Source: Tubiluchus corallicola
Taxonomy: Eukaryota; Animalia; Priapulida
DNA length: 64,000 nt
Reading direction: 5' to 3'
NCBI GenBank assembly: GCA_030141605.1
Contig: JAQGDQ010000018.1
Span: 806,001-870,000 of the forward strand
Notes under the pieces: model-generated
What the model saw: only the letters and a program-made list of their open reading frames with translations
Databases searched by the model: none
What the model was told of the DNA's origin: nothing
Made by a program: the position numbers and the translations under genes
Shown: positions 49,860-61,450 of the stretch, piece after piece
Layout of the letters: each line of letters begins with the position of its first letter
Numbering within the stretch: the first letter of the stretch is position 1

Positions 49860-51351
49860 CTGGGTTTAGGTAAAGATACTAAGTCATTAAAGTGGTGTCA
49901 AACAGTAGAAATGAAAAATGAAAAAAATGACTTTTAGGTCATAGTACAAATGATAGTGCATAAAAATAGAGAGGTATCTGGCGGTGAAAACAATTTAGAG
50001 GTATGTATGAGAAATGGTATTTTAGAAGAAACAAACCAACATAAATATCTTGAAGGCTATATAACAGGAAAGTGTGATCCTTCATTAAGAATAAGTAAAA
50101 GAGGACAAAAAATGCCATATATAGCAACAGAATCTTGGAGTATATTAATAGCAAATAGCAAAAGTTGTAAAGAACGTACGAAGATTAGCATTCTCTTGTT
50201 TGAATCAATAGTAATGTGATCATTAATACATGCTACTAAAATCTGAGGTCGATTAAGTGAAGGACAATGGTATAAAACTGAAAGATGGCAGAAAGATACT
50301 ACAAGTACAATGTTAAAAGAAATGAGTTCTACAAGCTATTGGGTATCCTTAGGATTTTTAATATGGCCCAAAAGAAGAATGGTTCACTATAAACAGTTAA
50401 TGCCGCCGAGACTAATTTCTGATGATGATAAAGATGCAAAACGTACTTTTATCCATGTGGGAAAAAGAAATAAAAGGAAGTTGAACTGAAAATACTAAAA
50501 AAATTGCAGGCCAAGACAGAATTAAAAGAAATTTTGAGAGCGTAAAACAAGCAACTAAATCTAAATGGAAAAGAGAAATGAAGACAGCTATTAATAAATG
50601 CCAGATAATGACAAAATTGAGATATCTAGAAAATGCTACAGTTAAATGGAATAACCTAATGCCTAATGGAACATGTAGTAATTGTAATAAAAAAACAGTG
50701 TGTGAGATAACTGAATGGAAACTGAATATAAGTGAAAGTTAAATTTGAAAGATAAATACAAAAATGACTTGAAATGCTCACTTTGCAAAAAAACATGACA
50801 CCACCAAATACTTACTATGTTGTGAGAAGAATTTAAATATACTAAGAGGAATATGAAGTAGACGCTGCTGACCTTTGAGACAGAAAAGTTGCTAAAAATT
50901 AATAACAGAATCCAAAAATGACAGTGAGAAAGAAAATGAGTTTGGATATAGAAATATAATACTCAAGTACATATTAGAATGCTTATTGAGAATGCATTGG
51001 GCAGCGTTTGAATGCATAATTCTGGCTTGCTATTAGGGCCTTGACCTTTTTGTTGTCCTTTTAGCCTACTAACTTTGCTGCAGTAGAGTGGCCGTTATAA
51101 ATCGCCCGCCAACAAAAAATTAAAGCTTATCTGTTAATTTTTACATGTGAAGTCCGTTAAATTATGTAATTGTTGTAACAGTAACCGATATGTTTAAATC
51201 ATAACAAAAACTTTTTTAATTTTCTACAACAATCAAGGCTTGGCCCTTATCTGACCCCAAGACGAACCACAAAAAACGACTAAAATAGTCTGATAAGTAA
51301 TATTTGCAAAACTATTTTAACAAAAATTAGAATCTACATGAAAAAGCTCAC

Positions 51352-51382
51352 CTCCTAAACCTGTCACAGGCGGCTGGAACAT
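51352..51382 (-). CDS. AGO2: Argonaute coding exon 1
   Basis: ATG TTC CAG CCG CCT GTG ACA GGT TTA GGA G|GTGAGC (MFQPPVTGLG); phase-1 donor as required by exon 40961-41231; promoter motifs lie just upstream. Confidence 0.8.
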
Positions 51383-51442
51383 CTGTGATTTGTCGTTATT
51401 TCTTCATTCCTGCTTAAAAGATAAACAATAATTTTCCATGCA

Positions 51443-51480
51443 AAATATGGCCGCTGAGTTCACGAATGACGTCACGCGTC
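51443..51480. promoter_or_regulatory. Putative AGO core promoter: YY1-like and CRE motifs
   Basis: aaaatatggccgc (YY1-like, about 51443-51454) and a perfect palindromic CRE TGACGTCA at 51467-51474, with local CpG enrichment. Confidence 0.55.
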
Positions 51481-51700
51481 ATACATTCTCCAATTCATTC
51501 TTCGAAACGGTTTAGATAAAAATAATCTATTTCAAGTAAAACTGCAAAATGAAGGAAATGTGTTTTACATTAGTATTACAATAATATGTTTAAAATAAAA
51601 ATTTAGGCAAGCAGGAATATACTAAATACCACAATAATAAGAACCTTTAACCTCGATTCAGTTCACTGAATATGTGGTTTCGAAATAAATTATGCTTTGT

Positions 51701-51714
51701 GCTGCCATCTAACG
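51701..51714 (-). promoter_or_regulatory. CTCF-like motif upstream of AGO
   Basis: Minus-strand TAGATGGCAGC. Confidence 0.35.
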
Positions 51715-54700
51715 CCCGTTAAAGTATCCAATTGCTTTTTATTACGATTGTTGTATGCAATCTCAGATATCTTCTGTAATATAGTTGGCTATAGGCAATG
51801 TAAAAAAACTGGTGTTTCTAGCAATGGCTTCAACAGGAAAAATGCTTAAAATGTTCTCTTTTTGTCAATTTGCTTCGGTTTTTAAACATAAAATATGTAA
51901 TTTTTAAATGATAATTAATACTATAAAATTTATGAAAATTACTAGTTTTGTAATAGCATGAAGCTAGAAGATTTTAAATAGTTGTACACTGACAGCTACA
52001 GGGATTCGGTTTTCGAAAGCTAGAATTTAGAGCAAAGAACATGCAAGAATTAAGGTACTTAAAAGTTACAGTGTTATAGAAGAAAAATACTACTGGGTAC
52101 TATAGACACTAGATACCACTACGATATGTAAGTGAAGACAGAGAATATAATAGCCGGTATACTGGTATAGTATTTCATTATTTATTTTAGCAAATAATGG
52201 AATTTGTGCGGTACAATTATAATTAATTGCCCTGTCATGTCACATAAAAATGAGTTCTAAATTACCAGACAAATAAAGTTTGCTGAATCTATTCATTGGT
52301 AATATCTTTTAGAATAAAACAAAATTCATGCATTACAATTTCGTTTCAGTTAAGAATTAGAAATGAGAGCACTTCTCTACATTTTGCAAAGACAGTAGTC
52401 AAAGAGTATAACAATGTGTATAGTGGCTTTGCCAAGCATGTTAGTTGAAATCAGCGGTTGAAATGAATATTTTGCCAGAGTCATTAAAAGGTTTGAAACC
52501 ACTAAGAAGGATGATAGACATCCAGGCATGAAAATTATCGTGTTTATTTAGTGCATGTTATGTATACAACCATGTTGTAGTCTTCTATTAATTATTGGTG
52601 TGTTTGCATCTCATTACATCTAGCTCAATACAAACTTTCACTTATTCCCAATTAATTATCTATTCTGGGTCTGTCTAATGCACTACAAGTTCCACTTCCA
52701 ACAAACAAATAAAATGAAAAGTATAAGGTAAAATGATTAAAATTTAATGACTCACATGAAATTAACCCAGCAATCAAGCTTTTTTCACTTAAGAAAGACG
52801 CCGAAAGAGGGCTGCACAAACTCATTATTAATTTCTAGATTATTTCGCTTCTCCAACGCTACTACCGCAGTCACTGCGGAGTAGTTTGCTAGTCTGTGTG
52901 TGACAGCCGGAGGGATAGTTTTGGAAGCTGAGTGAGCGTTAATAGTTCAATCGTAGAGTAGTCAAACTGATGTTTCTTGTCTTTCTACGTTCAGGAAACT
53001 GAATTGAGTGGTTTCGTCTACAAAAAAGTATTGTGCAGATGAAAATTACCACTTAGTAGGATCGTAGAATGAAAGCAATATTCGAAATGAAAAATTATAG
53101 CATGATTCACGTGTCTGAAAATTGCACTTTTCTGTATGTTTGTTCGTCTTACAAACTTCGTCAGAATTTCAGCTACAGTTATGCAGACTACACATTGTGA
53201 CGCGGATTTATTAACTGTTTTATTAAAGTGTCATCAAACTCCGAACAGGTTTACATATTAGTATCCATACTTTCTGAATTGATAGAAATAATTGTCGATC
53301 GATTTGCCGATATAGTGCAACTTGGGATCAACAAGTGTTCAAATTCACTTGCTCATTTAGGTAGGCTTAATACAAATGGTAGTCATTAGGAATCAATCGT
53401 TGGCGTAGCACTGCAGAAATCTTTGTAACAGTTTTTCACGTTTATACATTTTAATAGTTAGTATTGTACAAAAATTAATAGAATATAGAACTACACAAAT
53501 TGATTCGAACCTTCACAAATCTGTTTGTACTGCACATTAAAGTACACCCTTGAAAAAATCAATCTATGGCAGATAGCTACAATTACATCAGAAAAGTGGT
53601 TTAGTTACAGCTTACAGCTGTATTGGATAGGGGTTAAGCATAAAAGACCCCTCCGATCTTCTCTGGATGCTTCATTTATTTTGAATTTTCTAGTAGGTGA
53701 TGGTGCTAATGCCACCTTTTAAAATAAAAAGTAAATTAAATCATGCTGAATGCACAACATTTAATGATCTGTGCTTCTGCAGTACTTTCTCTGCCAAACA
53801 ACGGTACACTCTGATGACAGATGCAATACACTGATTCACTATTTTTTTTGCAGTCGTGACCAGCATGGGTGTGTAAAAATCTCCCCTTTATACATGTGCA
53901 CAATTGCCCTTTGTTACAAACTTAGGAGCATTTTGAAAGTAATGTCCATTAGTATCTTTAAACTTACTATCTTGCATTAGTTAATGTAAATCAAACAATT
54001 TTTGGCATACCAATCCGCTCCTTGATGGAATGAGTTCCGTTCTTAATGTGAGAGCAGCCATGCATGTGGATCCTTGGATTTGTGCTCAAGGCACTGCAAA
54101 TGTAAAAAATTCTTATGAGTTAGATTTGATTCCATTTATTGTTATCGCAATTCACAAATTCAAATTCAAGTTGATTTCTAAATTGAAAAAACTGGAAAAG
54201 TGTTTAGTGTGCCATGCTAGCCTATACTGATAGGAAAAGAATTAAGTGGAAATCCAAACAGGCCATAGGAATTTTGCTATTATGCATAAACAGGTAACCT
54301 GGTACATTCATAACGTGTGCAGAGATGGGAGTGTTACACTAGTTATACACTTTCATTGTCAGCTCTGTATGATTTTTATCGCACTTCGCATATTTGCAGT
54401 TTGCATGGTTTTGATACATTTACTTTTGTGGTATATTTTTAAAGCATACAAAACCTTTTTAGACTGATTAGATTGCTGAGATGTAATAATGGAATTCCAA
54501 TAAAATTTGATCAATTTAGGTAGTAGGCAAATTAAAGCCATTTAATTCTATTTTTCAATTTCAATTCAGGTTTATTAATTTTGCACAAATTCACCAGGTA
54601 TAAGGCCAAAAACAATACTACACAGACAAACTACAAAAATTGAAATACAAATGCCTAGGTTGAAAATAAAAAACTGATTAAATCAGAACTAATAAAAACT

Positions 54701-56021
54701 TAATAATAGGTGAGCTAATTAAATTACATGATCACAACAATTAAATATGATCACATCATAAATTAAATTACGTGATCACAATAGTGAAAATTATCCAGCA
54801 GTCACAGATTACCACCCAGATATAACTTGTTCTTTTGATTACATTCATTTAAATACTAAGGAAGATCTTCTGGATATGTATTTAGAAAACTACATACACA
54901 GTAATATACACATTACTTAGTATATATTACTTTTTTGAGAAGGTAAGTTATATATTTTATGCTCACATTTTTGCCTAATATCAGAGCACCGCAGAAGAGA
55001 ATACGGCAACAGGTTGACAACTTTGTTGCAATTTTACAAGTGATAGTATGGTGAGTCCTTGCTCAACGACTCTCCATCTAGTGATGTTTCGTTTTTGTTT
55101 TGCACAGAGCTGAATATTTCACAGCTTTTTCTCATTCAGTGATGCATGTTTCATTTTAGTGACAATTTTTTTACTTTCCTGAAAGCAAGTTTTTGTTTTA
55201 GCAACAACTTTTTTTAAATAATTTGAAACATTAAAGCAAGACATTGCGTAATTCTGTTTCAAAAACGCACTAGTAACGTAAAACAATGCAATATTATTTA
55301 TGTTTTTACTTCTAAACTGACTGCTAAATATTAGCCGCTTGTATCAAGCGAGATCTATTTGCGATTTATGCACATCCAGACACCTGGGTGCAAACTTTCT
55401 TTAAAGGAATTTTGCCTGCAACCTGTTGCTATAGCAACCAATATCTAGACGAAATTATCCCAAGGCTGCCCGAGGCTTGCCTTTTACTATAGTGCATAAT
55501 GTCTATCTGCGTAGGGCTTCAACGTTAACGAAAGAGAAACTGCTAGCCAGGTTTTGCTAAGAAAAATAGGTGGTTTCAAGCAGGCACAAAAAAATTTAAT
55601 CAGTAGAAATATGAATAAAGCTCATAAAATGTTTAATTTAAATGAATTATGCAGCATTGATTTTTGCCTTTGGGATGTATTTACATCACTTTCTGTCGAA
55701 GGTTTGGCTTCGTTTAACGCCTTTTGGCTTAACACTGGAACGCAATAGCTCTGTTAAGCAAGGACTTAGTGTAGTTGTTTTTACAGAGTAGGAAACTCAC
55801 TTTTCAGTTCGCCAGTGACTGAGAAGTAAAACATGTTGGCTCACAAATTTGTAAAATTAAACCAGAGTTTTATTTGTCACCAAACAGTTGCTAGTGAAGA
55901 AACCTTTTATTGGCCCAAAATACAAAACGATTTGTAAATGGCTTAGTCTTCATAGCTTCTGCTGTCTAGTAGGGGGTCTGAGTTCTTTACCTTTTTAACA
56001 TTGTCTTAATTTATTTTTTAG

Positions 56022-56106
56022 AAAAATGTAGAAAAACGTGGCTGTGTCCTTGCTGAAACAGCAATGTTTTACATTAAAAAAATATGCTTTTATATGACTA
56101 CATCAG
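56022..56106 (+). other. Probable non-coding 5'UTR exon of the MEAK7-like gene
   Basis: Strong T-rich TTTTTTAG acceptor and consensus CAG|GTAAGT donor, upstream of the ATG-bearing exon, which itself starts with an acceptor. Confidence 0.5.
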
Positions 56107-56149
56107 GTAAGTATATGAACGTACAAAAAAAATTATGAATAAAAGTGCT

Positions 56150-56482
56150 ATCCAGGCGATTAGACGGAAACAGAAGTATTTTTATCGTCGGCCTTGGGCA
56201 GGATACTATTAGGTCAGGCATTGACCAAAATCATTTGACTAGGATTGGAAGGGCTCCTCTGATTTGACATGGGAACCACACTGGACATTAAGACACGAAG
56301 CAGTCAACAACTTATTAAATGTTGCTGCCAGTCGGCGAAAGGGTGACCAACGGTCAATACAAATGTGTGTCCAGTGTTTCCTAGCAAGTCGTGTTTGCCC
56401 AGCTTTGTGCAAGTGTGGCATCAGCCTTGGTGAATGTGACTATGTAGTATCTAACTATCTATCTAAGTATCCATCTATATAA
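56150..56482 (+). repeat. SINE-like or retroposon-like GC-richer insertion with (TATC)n-like tail
   Basis: Abrupt GC increase ending in tatctaactatctatctaagtatccatctat. No clear Pol III boxes seen. Confidence 0.3.
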
Positions 56483-56959
56483 CAGGATTTGTAAATTGTG
56501 AGTTGAACTATTTCTTTCTTATTTCTTGGCTTCTTTACCAGATCTTACTTTGAACGTGTGATGATAATGTTGATATTGTTACAGTTCACACTACCCCAAA
56601 TCCTTGATCTTTAAAATCTATATGTAGAAGCAAAAATTATCCTATCTCCAGTAGAACGTGCAGTATAGCTAATGCATTACATGAGCAAGTGCAGCCATCT
56701 TGACAACCATCTTGAAATCGCAGATAATTGATGTCATAGGTGTTTTTAAGCATCAGGTGTGGACTCCTTGACCTTGAAAAACTACACGTACACTTCAAAA
56801 TCATCAGCTTATCTGCACTAACATCTAAGATGTGACCATTATATGCTACATGCAGCCATTTTGAAAACGCATAAAAAATACGTGAACATCCTACATAGTC
56901 CTCATTTATAATGCAAAGCCAGTAGCAGCTTTTACTGAATTAAGGTTATAAGGTTATGA

Positions 56960-57600
56960 GCAGAGTATAATGGATGACATCAGAACAATGGCTTTGCGTC
57001 AGCGGTTTTCCAAGCGAAAACTGCCAAAAATGAACATCTAATTAACTCGTCGGCACTCCTCTTGATGGACATGTCCTAAAATATAGCCCACATAGCCCTG
57101 TTCTTCCTTTTTCTAAAGAGCCATATATCTCCTTCCAAGAATCACTCTAAGTGCCGCTAGAATGTTTTTTCTAAAAGCCATTTGGCCAAAACTTCGAAAA
57201 AATTGAGAGTTGTGTCCGGGAAAACGCCTGCTATGGCAGTCCCGCGAAATCTAGATCTGCCTACTACGCCCACCATTGAACCGCTATCTATCCATGGCCG
57301 GCAACGCCACCGGCCGATTCCCATTCTCCAGAAATAAGAGGTATGAGTTTTGCAAAAAACGGATGAAAAACGGCCATTTGTGGAGGTTTTCGCCCCCTGT
57401 TCGCCTCGGTGGAACCCTCAATGACACGACACTAGATCGAGACCTTTCGTTTGATATATGGATCGCCGCAAATGGTGCCGCTGTCGAAGCCGTAGCCTCG
57501 AATCTTACATATATATGTATATAAGATACATATACCAGCGAAATTAATATATAGATACATATATATTAAGCCCATACCACCAAAATTAATATTTAGAAGC
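56960..57600 (+). mobile_element. Helentron/HINE-like repeat copy
   Basis: Homologous to 21650-22000 (gatg.c.tcagaacaatg; aaagagc.atatatctccttccaaga) and to 11806-12545 in reverse; (TA)n near the 3' end. Confidence 0.75.
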
Positions 57601-59018
57601 AGCTATAGCCATCTTGGTAACAATCTGGAAATTCTAAAGAATGTTATTGGTGTCTTTAAGCATCAGATCTGGATTCCTTGATTTTGGAAACCTATATTTG
57701 GACACCAACGTCATCATCTTCCTGTTTTAACAATTAAGATATGGCTTTTAATGCTAGCAACAAACATTTTGTCTGTCTTTTTGATAGTAGCAGGCATGTT
57801 GGAGAATTTTCAATTGACTTGCTTATCCATAATTAGCTCGATCTGTTCTAGCATTGCACAAATTTTTATAACTTAGGCAAAATAAGCAGTTCTGCTTGAC
57901 TATATGTCGATATCCGGCGGTCATTGTGTTTTGTTGCTTTTTGCACTGTTTTAGTCTCTTTACATAATCTTGGTGGTCATTTATGTTATTTTTTGTTTTT
58001 GAACCCTTGCCACTAATTTTCTTCAGCTGGCAACAGCTTTTTGAATTTAGCATAGTCAAGTAGATAAGAATGTCTGTGTTGCCCACTTTTAGAAAAAATG
58101 TCTCTAGAACTTTATAGAAGCATCTTTTCAGGATTTTCTTCTAGTCTAAAACAGAATTCAGGTGTTATATCCAATTTGTAGACACGGTGGGCAAAGAACT
58201 ACCTAGAATAGATCAAAGAATAGAGCAAAACATCCTGCATCTGAAAGTGAAAAAACATATATTGTCAAAGGGTGATGAAACCATGGATTTTCGCAGCGGG
58301 CTCTGGAAGCAAGATGCTGGACGCTTTGGTATATCATATGATTTAATGGTTAATGTCTGCAACAAGCTGTATTTATAGGCATTTGATGAATCCAAAGGAC
58401 CTTGATCACTCCAAAAAGCTAATAGAGCCATTATGACAACCAACCTTACCTTCAACTAACTCTCATTGTACAAATTATATACGAATAAAGACTTCTTTTG
58501 ATTTCTTTTATGGTTACAAATTAAAGATATTATGTAGGTCCATATAAACTAATTATGGTGTTGCAGCAGTCACGAACTTCAGCGTTATCACTACCAGAGG
58601 AGCGAGAGAAAACTTTATTTATGCACTTGATAGCTTGTTTGTTATACTTGAGGTATTGCATGTAGATGTTTTACTTAAACTGTCATTTCTGTATGCCAAT
58701 TGGCTATCCCATTACTTTGTGTAACAGTTGTGTGTAGCTACTCCATGTGTAGTGTACACCATCACTGTCAGTCCTTTGTTTTTTCAATCCTGGCAGTACA
58801 TTGGCATGTGCCATGCTCATATTCATTCATATTAACTAGTTATTAATTGTGTTCTGTTACTTATATAGGCCTTGGTCATGCAGTATTGTTCACTAGTTAC
58901 TAATTGTCATGCTTGCTACCTTATGCATACTATTACATGTATGTTTGTGATATTCATAGATATTAGCATATTCATAGTGATTACTTTTTATTTCAGTTTA
59001 AACTTTAAATGCTTCTTT

Positions 59019-59162
59019 ATGGGGAAGAACAACAGTAAGAAAAGTCCAAGTCTGGAGGCTGCAAGTTTATTCAGCAAGAATGAACGCGATCAAATTAACA
59101 AATTATTTCAGGACATAGCTGGCTCGCATTCAGCTGTATCATTCTCAAGAGAACAATTTCAG
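59019..59162 (+). CDS. MEAK7: Probable MEAK7/TLDC1 (MTOR-associated, TLDc domain) first coding exon
   Basis: MGKNNSKKSPSLEAASLFSKNERDQINKLFQDIAGSHSAVSFSREQFQ|GTTTGT. MGxxxS myristoylation motif and FxxxExxxIxxLFxxL...SFS pattern as recalled for the MEAK7 N-terminus. Acceptor TTTCAG at 58996. Later exons not found in window. Confidence 0.7.
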
Positions 59163-60479
59163 GTTTGTAAACCTAAGCTCAACATAAAAAATTATTAGTT
59201 TGGTATTGTACATTTTTAATTTGTTTTAGTTTCTGCTTGCAAAGTTTTATGTACAAATTTTCGTTTTTGTGTCTTGGGATAAATTGGGAGTAAACGTATT
59301 TCAAAAAAACTTTATATAGATACAATTTGTGTACTAATAAATAATTTTGTGTTATTTGTCCACAGAAGTTCTAAGTTGTGTGGGGACCTTTATAACATTT
59401 AAATAAACTTAAGGTTGTTGTGGGCATCTACATAAAGGTCTGGAACTGAAAGTCTAATAATACTAATAACGATAACTAATTTTACTGTAATGCTGGAATC
59501 TTGATCGCTGACTAGCTTTTTTTTGATCATTTGCCCAAATTGTTTAAATTACTCAGAACTTTCATTTCTACTAACACAAGCGCTTTCTAAACAAATACCA
59601 AATATCTTGTTGGCTGATATCTTTATTTTGAAATTTAAGAATATTGATATAGTTTACATTTTGCTGCTTTTTCAGTTTATCTTAGAGTTCTTCGTTATTA
59701 AGTTGTAAGTGCCTTAGAATTCAAGATCAATTTTGGCAGACTCACATCACATAACACATTTATAACGCTGATTCCATGTAAATTCTCCAAATGTTTTTTA
59801 TTCGTCAGAATTAATTGATATATACTGTTAGCTGCACGTGTGTTTGTGAATATTAGGCTTAGCAAACTGAAAGTAAGAAGATATTAATCAGATCTAAGTA
59901 ATTTTGCCGATATTTTTAACTCTTTTATCTCTGTAATTACCGTAACCTGATTAGGTTTATCATCTTGAATGGTATTGACTGATACTGACAGCCTCTGTTT
60001 GACTATCTCGCCTCCTTGTGTGTAGTGCATAGTCAGACAATATAATAACCGCTACGCTTAATCAGCTCGCACTAGCCTCACAGTATTGTCAGTAGTAGTA
60101 AAAATACTTGTGCCACCACCTTACGTGTAACGTGCTTGCATCTTGACAGTTTGGTTTGTACTATCTTCGGCAATTTAGCGAAATTTCCCTCAATTTCTTC
60201 CCAACTTGCTCAGAAATTGTTGTGCTGCAAAGCTACATAATTCTTAAATTAGAGAAATTGAATCATTACTTAGCTTAATGCAGCAAAAGATTGTTCTCGC
60301 TGCAGTAGCAGGGTCTCCAAGTGAACTAGAGGTCATTGTCAAAGACTACTGTTAGTTCTTTAAGTAACAAATCTACTCAGTTTTTGATTTTCAAAGTTTG
60401 AAGTAGTGCATCAAGGCAGTGTAAAAACAGTGGTTATTGTGTCTCCAGTGAAAGCCCCTTTAAGGGTTTTTAAGACTCA

Positions 60480-61450
60480 AAATTGCTAAAAATATAGGCA
60501 TCATTACTCACATCAAACACAGTCTTTCGAAAGAACACTTACTAATCTTGTATAATAGTCTGGTTTTACCTTATCTCAATTACTGCAGCATAATTTGGGG
60601 CCCCACATATCCATCTAAACTGAAATGCTTAATAACGTTGCAACGGAAATTTTTAAGGTTAATGTATGGCCTACAGAAGCGTAGCGAAGTACCTTTACTT
60701 CGTTACGGTGAATGTGGCATTAGGCAATTAGATGATTTAATTAAATTGAATATTGCAGTGTTTATGTATAAATGCAATAATAGACTATTTCCTAAGTTTT
60801 TTGCAATTCCTGTCAAATTGACATCTAAGAGACATAATACAAGATGTAATCAATACATTGTGCCTTTCTGTAGAAGAAACACAGCTAAACATTTTATACT
60901 ATTTCAAGGACCAAAAGTCTGGAATGAGATTTGTCAATCCGCAAAAAATAGCAGATCTATTACTAGATTTAAAAAATGCTAAAAAAATCAAATTTCAAGT
61001 AAGTATCAGTGAGTAATCAAAACTTCTATCAGTATCCATCCTCGCAGTGGTGGCAAAACAGTGGTGGTATCTTAATCAAGTTATCTTAATTTTGCATACT
61101 ATTAACAAATAATAGTCTTTCTATCTTTTATATCATCTCATATATGAGCTTCATTCATTACATCTTTCCATTTTGAAGCACTAAATGTTTTCTTTATCAC
61201 GATTCATTTCAAATTTTCAGATTATTTTTATTACTTTTTTTTCTTTCACTGTGTGAGACAATCTAACAAGCCCTGCTTTTTGATTGCCCACAACACATTT
61301 ACATTTGTATATAGGTGAAGAGTGTGTGAGGCTTTTCTTGTGCAGAAACAATAAAAGCTTATTTGTATTATGTTCACTGTAGGCCCTTTCACTATATATT
61401 GTAGTGTAATGTAAAATGTTGTAAATGTGTAATATGAAATAAATGACTTA
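60480..61450 (+). mobile_element. 5'-truncated CR1/L2-group LINE (RT C-terminus plus putative 3'UTR)
   Basis: LYNSLVLPYLNYCSIIWG...LQRKFLRL...HNTR...GPKVWNEI...SITRFKK is a classic CR1/L2 ORF2 tail; aataaa near 61438. Confidence 0.9.

Larger units (their letters stand above)
47160..50900 (+). mobile_element. Highly degenerate LINE RT, interrupted by two insertions, antisense within AGO intron 1
   Basis: PKEWKSM...ELKNQRGILLTSNTSKLFERV (47340-47470); AKKCFDKL...HVDDILG (48365-48654); resumes LGKD...HKYLEG...ILLFESIV (from 49860); C-terminal CxLC-like remnant near 50775. Confidence 0.85.

Noticed and set aside
57823-58455. Overlapping 60-90 aa ORFs on both strands
   Set aside because: No recognisable motif or consistent splice signals. 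Possibly a decayed TE but cannot be supported.
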